A stretch of 52,334 nucleotides of DNA from contig JAEOUG010000058.1 in assembly GCA_016839445.1 (NCBI GenBank), forward strand, positions 1 to 52,334, given 5' to 3'. Shown in pieces: positions 46,401-52,334 of this stretch. Below the pieces are notes generated by a model that saw only the letters and a list, made by a program, of their open reading frames with translations, was not told the origin of the DNA and made no database searches. Both the position numbers and the translations under genes were made by a program. The DNA comes from Candidatus Thorarchaeota archaeon (GTDB taxonomy: Archaea; Asgardarchaeota; Thorarchaeia; Thorarchaeales; Thorarchaeaceae). Position 1 is the first letter of the stretch, and every line of letters begins with the position of its first letter.

Positions 46401-47273
46401 TCACGGAATCAGAGGCATCACGAAGTATGCTACTATCAGCATGGAGATGAGGCCGATTAGCATGAGTAGCCATACTCTGTCGCTCCAAGCTCTGACCGTT
46501 GCACCATCGAAGGGCTGGAATGGGATCATGTTGAAGAGGCCAATGAACGCGTTGACCTCGATGCCATAGGTCAGAAGGAGCATTACCCCGCCCGGGACTA
46601 CCCCCCAAGAGACGGACAAGAGGAGCGCGGTCGAGAGCATGACAAGAGCCATGATGAAGTTCGAGAGGGGCCCTGCGAGGTTTGACTTTCCATCTTCTTC
46701 TATCGTTCTTCCCCCGCTTGTGTAGACTACTCCAGTCCCGAAGATTGGGATTGAGAACAGAATAGCCATTGCCGAGAGGAAGTATCCCGTCTGCAGCATC
46801 CTGAACTCCGACCACATTCCATAGCGTTGCGCTACGAACTTGTGCGCCAGCTCATGAACCATGAAAGTGCTCACGAAGATGGTGACTATTCCGAGTATGA
46901 TCCAAGCTTGGCCGGTCGGAATGAAGTACGCCAGGATGAGGTTGATAGCTCCAAAGATGCCGTTCGGTCTTCCAAGAAGTGCCAGGCCTACTAGAGCGAC
47001 CAGCATTGTGGCAATGGTGAGGTCTCTTATCTCTGTCCGAGAGAACCTCTTCCGTCGGCGCGCAGGCTCTCTACGCTTCCGTGGAATCGTCCTGGTCTGG
47101 TTGTTGTCTGTCGAAAGAGAGTCGCCTATCTTCCGCCGAGCGTCCTGCTTGACTCGATGCAGTTCTGCACATCCGTGGCTCTCTGGAAGCCTGTGCTCTG
47201 AACAGAATAGCCCATTACAGTAGGGACACTTGAAGCAGAGATCTTCCTTCCCACAGAGAGAGCACATTGTCAT
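46401..47273 (-). CDS. AN1-type zinc finger fused to an M50 site-2 intramembrane metalloprotease
   Basis: CSLC...FKCPYCNGLFCSEHRLPESHGC (AN1); HELAH, LAGP, FNMIPFQPFDG (M50). Confidence 0.88.
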   Translation of the reverse strand: MTMCSLCGKEDLCFKCPYCNGLFCSEHRLPESHGCAELHRVKQDARRKIGDSLSTDNNQTRTIPRKRREPARRRKRFSRTEIRDLTIATMLVALVGLALLGRPNGIFGAINLILAYFIPTGQAWIILGIVTIFVSTFMVHELAHKFVAQRYGMWSEFRMLQTGYFLSAMAILFSIPIFGTGVVYTSGGRTIEEDGKSNLAGPLSNFIMALVMLSTALLLSVSWGVVPGGVMLLLTYGIEVNAFIGLFNMIPFQPFDGATVRAWSDRVWLLMLIGLISMLIVAYFVMPLIP

Positions 47274-47385
47274 ACACTACACGCTCGAGATTCCATCCTT
47301 GCCCCCCAAATCTGTGGTTATATTGGTATTCTTTGTGGCCGCAGATTCAGGTCACACTCGCGCTCCTGCCGCTGCTTCACAAATC

Positions 47386-47392
47386 TTAAATA
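47386..47392 (+). promoter_or_regulatory. Putative TATA box of the hsp20-cdc48 unit
   Basis: TTAAATA in the divergent intergenic region. Confidence 0.4.
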
Positions 47393-47510
47393 CTAATGGA
47401 CCAGTTGGTATCTTAGGTAGAACATACCAACCGTACAGAAAGGAGCCCCAATGGTGACTCATAGGGCGGCCAAGGCCGCCCGGGGCTTCACTGGAGGTAA
47501 TTCTGTAGAC

Positions 47511-47933
47511 ATGATTGATGATGACTTTGAGTCAGTGTTCCGTAGGATGGTCGAGCACTTCATGGGATCCATGGGGATACCAGATGGAAACGTGGAAGTG
47601 AGGACTTGGTCCAACAGATTCCCCAAAGCTGGCAACCCGACTGACACTGCCCCTCATGAGGTTGGCCCTGAAGTCGAGGAGATCGACCTAGGCGATGAAT
47701 ACATGATTCTAGTGGACACAAGAAGCGAGAGCCGGCCCTCCGTTGTCATTGAGGATGGTCAGGTACGGGTTGAACTAGACTCAGCCTTCGAACCACTGAG
47801 TGTTCCACTTGCGTTTGACGTTGACATTTCCAGTTCTTCTGCCTCCTTCCAGAACGGCATTCTAGAGGTTCTGTTGAGGAAGGCCGCAGACGACTATGAT
47901 GGCGAATCAGAAGGCGTTCTTCAGATAGAATAG
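47511..47933 (+). CDS. hsp20: Small heat shock protein (Hsp20/alpha-crystallin)
   Basis: ASFQNGILEVLLRK and C-terminal LQIE; ATG follows a GGAGGT RBS; directly upstream of cdc48. Confidence 0.8.
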   Translation: MIDDDFESVFRRMVEHFMGSMGIPDGNVEVRTWSNRFPKAGNPTDTAPHEVGPEVEEIDLGDEYMILVDTRSESRPSVVIEDGQVRVELDSAFEPLSVPLAFDVDISSSSASFQNGILEVLLRKAADDYDGESEGVLQIE

Positions 47934-47948
47934 AAGGAAGAGAGTTAG

Positions 47949-50138
47949 ATGAGTGAAGAAGTAGTGCGAATGAAAGTAGCGGCTGCCATGCCGAAGGATC
48001 AAGGCCGCGGGATCGTGCGTCTCAACTCAGATGTAAGGCAGCATTTGGGTATAAGATCCGGCGATTTCGTGCTCCTCAAGGGAAGCAAGGAGACTGTGGC
48101 TGTGTGTTGGCCAAGCCTGAAGGAGGACGAAGTCCTTGACATGGTACGTATGGACGGGCTCATCCGGAACAATGCGGGAGCAAGACTCGGAGAAATGGTT
48201 GAGGTCTCCAAGGTCACAGTACCAGAGGCCGCAAGGATAACAATCGCTCCAAGTCAGCCCGTGCGCTTCCAGCAGGGATTCGAGAACTACATCAAGCAGC
48301 AGTTGCTGAACAAGCCTATCACTCGAGGTGACGTGATTCTCATTACATCGATCGGCCAAGGGCTGCAATTCATGGCTACTAGGGTCACTCCGTCAAAGCA
48401 TGTTCGCGTTACTGCCTCCACCCAGATCGAGGTTCTCACACAGCCAGCCAAGCCAGAGGAGATCACAGTTCCTGATGTGACCTACGAGGACATTGGAGGT
48501 CTCAACAAGGAGATTCAGAAGATCAGAGAGATGGTTGAACTGCCAATGAAATCTCCTGAGCTGTTCAAGCGTCTTGGAATATCGCCCCCGAAGGGCGTGC
48601 TCCTGATGGGTCCTCCGGGAACTGGAAAGACCCTCATAGCGAAGGCCGTTGCGAACGAGTCTGGAGCAAACTTCACGACAATCAATGGTCCTGAGATTAT
48701 GTCGAAGTTCTACGGTGAATCAGAGCAGAAGCTCCGTCAGACATTCGAGGATGCAGAGAAGAACGCTCCATCTATCATTTTCATTGATGAACTGGACAGC
48801 ATCGCTCCCAAGAGGGCAGAAGTGACGGGTGAAGTTGAACGTAGAGTTGTTGCTCAGCTCTTGGCACTGATGGACGGTCTTGCAGGTCGTGGTCAGGTCA
48901 TTGTCATAGGAGCCACGAATAGACCTGATGACATTGACGAGGCTCTCCGCCGGCCAGGCCGTTTCGATCGAGAGATCACTATCGGCGTACCTGACAAGCA
49001 GGGCCGACTGGAGATACTCCAGATTCACACAAGAGCCATGCCCCTCGAAGAGGGACTTGAACTGGAGCGGCTCGCTGCGGTGACCCATGGCTTCGTGGGT
49101 GCTGACCTTTCTGCACTGGCTCGGGAGGCTGCCATGCACGCCCTCAGAAGAGCGCTCCCACACGTGGATCCTGAAACAGGTGACATTCCTGCAGATGTTC
49201 TTCACGAGCTCTATGTGACTCAGGCAGACTTTGACCTGGCTCTCTCGGAGATATCGCCATCTGCTCTCAGAGAGGTTCTTGTTGAGAAGCCGAATGTGCG
49301 ATGGGATGACGTAGGAGGACTGGCCAAGGTCAAGATGCAGCTACGAGAGGCAGTTGAGGCTCCTCTGAAGCATCCGGACGTGTTCGAGGAGATGGGAATC
49401 AGAGCACCAAAAGGAGTTTTGCTCTTCGGGCCTCCGGGCACTGGGAAGACTCTCTTGGCCAAAGCTGTCGCAACCGAGAGTGAGGCGAACTTCATCTCGG
49501 TTAGAGGTCCAGAGATCTTCAACAAGTATGTTGGAGAGTCTGAGAAGGCAGTCCGGGAGATCTTCAAGAAGGCGAGACAGACTGCTCCATGCGTGCTCTT
49601 CTTCGACGAGATAGACGCCATAATGACGGCCCGTGGACAGAGGGACGACACAGGAGTGAGCCAGAGGATTGTGAATCAATTCCTGGCAGAGATGGACGGC
49701 ATGCAGGCACTGCAGGGTGTTCTGGTGATTGGCGCCACCAATCGTGCCGACATTGTTGATCCGGCAGTACTGAGGCCCGGTAGGTTTGATTCTGTTGTGT
49801 TCGTGCCACCTCCTGATGTTGAAGCTCGACACGAGATTCTCGCTGTACACACCAAGAACATGCCGCAAAGCAAAGACGTCGATCTGCAGAAGCTCGCAGA
49901 GTTGACAGAGGGCTATTCTGGCGCAGACATAGAAGGTCTGTGCCGAGAAGCTGCAATGGCAGCAGTTCGTGATGACTGGAAGGCAAAGCCTGTGTCAATG
50001 TCTCACTTCAAGGCGGCGATGGAAGAGATCCGACCTAGCATCTCAGAGCAGGATCTGAAGAGGTACCAAGGCCAGGCAGAGCAAGTGAAGCGGCGGCAAC
50101 CCGGCAAGGACAAGGATGTCCTTCCAGGTTACCTCTAG
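47949..50138 (+). CDS. cdc48: CDC48/p97/VAT AAA+ ATPase
   Basis: N domain, two GPPGTGKT Walker A motifs, IFIDE / LFFDE Walker B motifs, RPGRFD twice, C-terminal GYL. Confidence 0.96.
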   Translation: MSEEVVRMKVAAAMPKDQGRGIVRLNSDVRQHLGIRSGDFVLLKGSKETVAVCWPSLKEDEVLDMVRMDGLIRNNAGARLGEMVEVSKVTVPEAARITIAPSQPVRFQQGFENYIKQQLLNKPITRGDVILITSIGQGLQFMATRVTPSKHVRVTASTQIEVLTQPAKPEEITVPDVTYEDIGGLNKEIQKIREMVELPMKSPELFKRLGISPPKGVLLMGPPGTGKTLIAKAVANESGANFTTINGPEIMSKFYGESEQKLRQTFEDAEKNAPSIIFIDELDSIAPKRAEVTGEVERRVVAQLLALMDGLAGRGQVIVIGATNRPDDIDEALRRPGRFDREITIGVPDKQGRLEILQIHTRAMPLEEGLELERLAAVTHGFVGADLSALAREAAMHALRRALPHVDPETGDIPADVLHELYVTQADFDLALSEISPSALREVLVEKPNVRWDDVGGLAKVKMQLREAVEAPLKHPDVFEEMGIRAPKGVLLFGPPGTGKTLLAKAVATESEANFISVRGPEIFNKYVGESEKAVREIFKKARQTAPCVLFFDEIDAIMTARGQRDDTGVSQRIVNQFLAEMDGMQALQGVLVIGATNRADIVDPAVLRPGRFDSVVFVPPPDVEARHEILAVHTKNMPQSKDVDLQKLAELTEGYSGADIEGLCREAAMAAVRDDWKAKPVSMSHFKAAMEEIRPSISEQDLKRYQGQAEQVKRRQPGKDKDVLPGYL

Positions 50139-50140
50139 TC

Positions 50141-50170
50141 GGGCGATGTGTCACCATATCGCCCCTTCAT
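50141..50170 (+). terminator. Hairpin after cdc48
   Basis: GGGCGATGTG-TCAC-CATATCGCCC followed by a C/T-rich tract. Confidence 0.5.
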
Positions 50171-50253
50171 TCACTATCTTGAGCAGCAATCATCGAATAG
50201 GGCTTTAAGGGGCAGAGCTGCACGTGCAGACACTGGTACCCCGAAGTGGTTGA

Positions 50254-52334
50254 ATGACTGAACGCTGGATAGTCAACATCTGCCCCTTTCTGCACTTTGA
50301 CAACTCACGAACGCAGAACTATGAACACAACATCAGCATTGCCTCCTGGAACGTCAAGAGTGTTCTTGACTATCTGGACGTTCATGAGACTCACAAGTTC
50401 TGCCTCGATCAGACAACACTCCTGGAGGGCTTCAAGCGGCTCTTCCCGAACTACTGGGACACGCTTCATCAGCGAGTTCTGGAAGGGAGGATTGAGATTG
50501 TAGGTGGAACATACGTTATGCCGGACTTTGTCTTGCCAGATGGAGAGTCCATCGTCAGACAGTTCGTTCTTGGCGCGAAGTCCACCCGCACAGAGCTTGG
50601 TGTTGTGCCAAAGACTGGTTGGGCCCCAGATAGTGCGGGCCACTGTGCCCAACTCCCGCAAATCCTTCGGCTATGCGGCATCGACTCATACTACTTCTGG
50701 AGAGGTATGCCCCACGCGGCGCCAACGGAGTTCGTCTGGAAAGGACCTGACGGCAGTGCTGTGAACGCCGTCTGGCTATCTGGTGGCTTTGAGAGTGCTG
50801 CATGGTTGTCAGAGAACACCAGAGAGGCATTCTCTAACCTCTTTGACATTGTTAACGCAACCGGACACCTGGCAGCCTCCCCTAATCTTTTCATACCGGT
50901 TGGAGGAGAGCTAGTGCCTCCACTCCCCCACCTGAACGACGTTGTGGAGAAGTGGAATGAGACCTTCGGCGACATGCGTCTGCATATAGTGACTGCTGGT
51001 GAGTTCGCCAGCAAGATCAAGAACGTGCAGGCATCACTTCCAGTCATCTCGGGTCCTCTGGTTTCAGGGCGATTCTCTGGTATGAGAACCGGCGGCCTCA
51101 GTTCTCGCACAATGCTAAAGCTCAACAACAGGAAGCTCGAGTCTCTGCTCTACCTCTGTGAGCTATACGTGTGTCAGAGTGGAAACGGAAGCAAGAGCCC
51201 TGATCTTGAGAGCCTGTGGCGGATTCTCCTGTTCAATCAGGACCACAACATCATCCGGGGAACGCTGGCTGATGAGCCCTATCTACTTGCACTGCGAAGA
51301 TATGGACAGGCCATCGAGCAGGCAGAGGAGCTTCTTGAGAACTCCTTGCTTTCACTGTCCTCCAAGATTAGGAACGATTCTCATGGCAACTCGTTCGTAG
51401 TATTCAATCCCGTGCCTTGGGTTAGAAACGACCTTGTGACGGCGGTTGTAGATACGAGTGGGCATGAAGCCGAGTGGTTTCTTGTTCTTGACCATGCGGG
51501 CAATGAGGCGCCCTATCAGATTGTGAGTCCTCCGGAATCGAAGCCTGTAGAAATCATCGTGCTTGCTAGAGATATACCGAGTCTCGGGCATAGAGTCTAC
51601 AGAGTGGTCGAGTCAGAGAAGCCGCCGAGCTTTGAAACCACGCTGAAGGTAGGGAAGTCATGGGCTGAGTCTGACGAGTATCTCGTTGAGCTCGACGATT
51701 TCAGTGGCGCAGTCAAGAGGATCTTCGACAAGAAGAACAATGCGGATGTTCTCAACGGGATGGCGAACTATCTCACGGCTGAACGTGATGTCGGAGATCT
51801 CTACCGCTTCTCAGAGCCGCAATTCTCAGGTGAGATGACTGACATGTCCTCTCTAAGGACCTCAGGCCAAGTCAAGATCACTGAGACTGGCCCTCTCCGT
51901 TGTGTATTTCAGGTAACAAGCGAGTTTGACGGGACGCCCAGGACCGACAGAATCACGGTCTATGAGGGCCTCCACAGAATAGACTTCGATCTAGACATCG
52001 ACTTCAACTCCCGAAACACTCGCCTTCGGTTGAACTTCCCCCTCCCAATCTTCGTTGACAGCGTACACGTTGGGGCGCAGTTTGGGTCTGAGGCCCGGCT
52101 TGCCAATCCTCCTGCAACGGAAATGGTAGATGGCTATGACCCAGTATTCGCTGCCCTCGATTGGGTAGACTGTACGGGACCTGAGCTTGGAGTAATGCTT
52201 TCAGCGCCAGGACTCCATGAGTTCGGATTCCAGGACGGCAACCTCTCAGCCACAATCCTGAGGAGTGTGGAGTACCTTTCACATGGACTGGATGACGACA
52301 TTCTGGAAACTCGAACTGCACGAGACACGGGGCC
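50254..52334 (+). CDS. Glycoside hydrolase family 38 alpha-mannosidase-like protein, 3'-truncated (not in ORF track)
   Basis: Translated by hand: MTERWIVNICPFLHFD...GRIEIVGGTYVMPD..LPDGESIVRQF...GWAPDSAGH..QLPQIL...EFVWKGPDGS...NRKLESLL...NQDHNIIRG...RIDF. No signal peptide. I spot-checked the frame at several points and saw no stop. Confidence 0.9.
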   Translation, partial: MTERWIVNICPFLHFDNSRTQNYEHNISIASWNVKSVLDYLDVHETHKFCLDQTTLLEGFKRLFPNYWDTLHQRVLEGRIEIVGGTYVMPDFVLPDGESIVRQFVLGAKSTRTELGVVPKTGWAPDSAGHCAQLPQILRLCGIDSYYFWRGMPHAAPTEFVWKGPDGSAVNAVWLSGGFESAAWLSENTREAFSNLFDIVNATGHLAASPNLFIPVGGELVPPLPHLNDVVEKWNETFGDMRLHIVTAGEFASKIKNVQASLPVISGPLVSGRFSGMRTGGLSSRTMLKLNNRKLESLLYLCELYVCQSGNGSKSPDLESLWRILLFNQDHNIIRGTLADEPYLLALRRYGQAIEQAEELLENSLLSLSSKIRNDSHGNSFVVFNPVPWVRNDLVTAVVDTSGHEAEWFLVLDHAGNEAPYQIVSPPESKPVEIIVLARDIPSLGHRVYRVVESEKPPSFETTLKVGKSWAESDEYLVELDDFSGAVKRIFDKKNNADVLNGMANYLTAERDVGDLYRFSEPQFSGEMTDMSSLRTSGQVKITETGPLRCVFQVTSEFDGTPRTDRITVYEGLHRIDFDLDIDFNSRNTRLRLNFPLPIFVDSVHVGAQFGSEARLANPPATEMVDGYDPVFAALDWVDCTGPELGVMLSAPGLHEFGFQDGNLSATILRSVEYLSHGLDDDILETRTARDTG

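Noticed and set aside
1-52334. Genome-wide TAG reassignment to pyrrolysine
   Set aside because: TAG ends genes exactly at their expected C-termini (nreA after the PIP box, rpoH, cdc48, hsp20), so TAG is mainly a stop codon.

Overview
This is an archaeal chromosomal window, most consistent with an Asgard archaeon (Thorarchaeota-like). That assignment is an inference from a two-domain eukaryote-type Rpb5/RpoH, tandem longin+wHTH proteins, a roadblock/LC7 protein, CDC48, NreA, EndoQ and Topo VI. I found no rRNA, tRNA, CRISPR array or transposase. Main blocks: (i) DNA repair and housekeeping genes; (ii) a ~11 kb glycan-modification cluster (three sulfotransferases, a membrane-anchored glucuronyl C5-epimerase-like protein, three GT4s, two UDP-GlcNAc 2-epimerases, an acyltransferase, and a PIG-L deacetylase interrupted by an in-frame TAG), resembling a heparan-sulfate-like toolkit; (iii) an FAD/Fe-S-SCP2 oxidoreductase pair and an Alg13/Alg14-like pair; (iv) two tandem NPRL2/NPRL3 (GATOR1)-like longin-wHTH paralogs converging on a top6B-top6A-coiled-coil/wHTH-nuclease-roadblock-NifB-like gene string; (v) an AN1-finger site-2 protease, Hsp20, CDC48 and a cytosolic GH38 mannosidase. 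Two real genes are missing from the ORF track: a 40-aa desulforedoxin-like protein and the 3'-truncated GH38. All family calls come from motif recognition by eye, not from database searches, and reference sequences quoted for comparison are recalled from memory.
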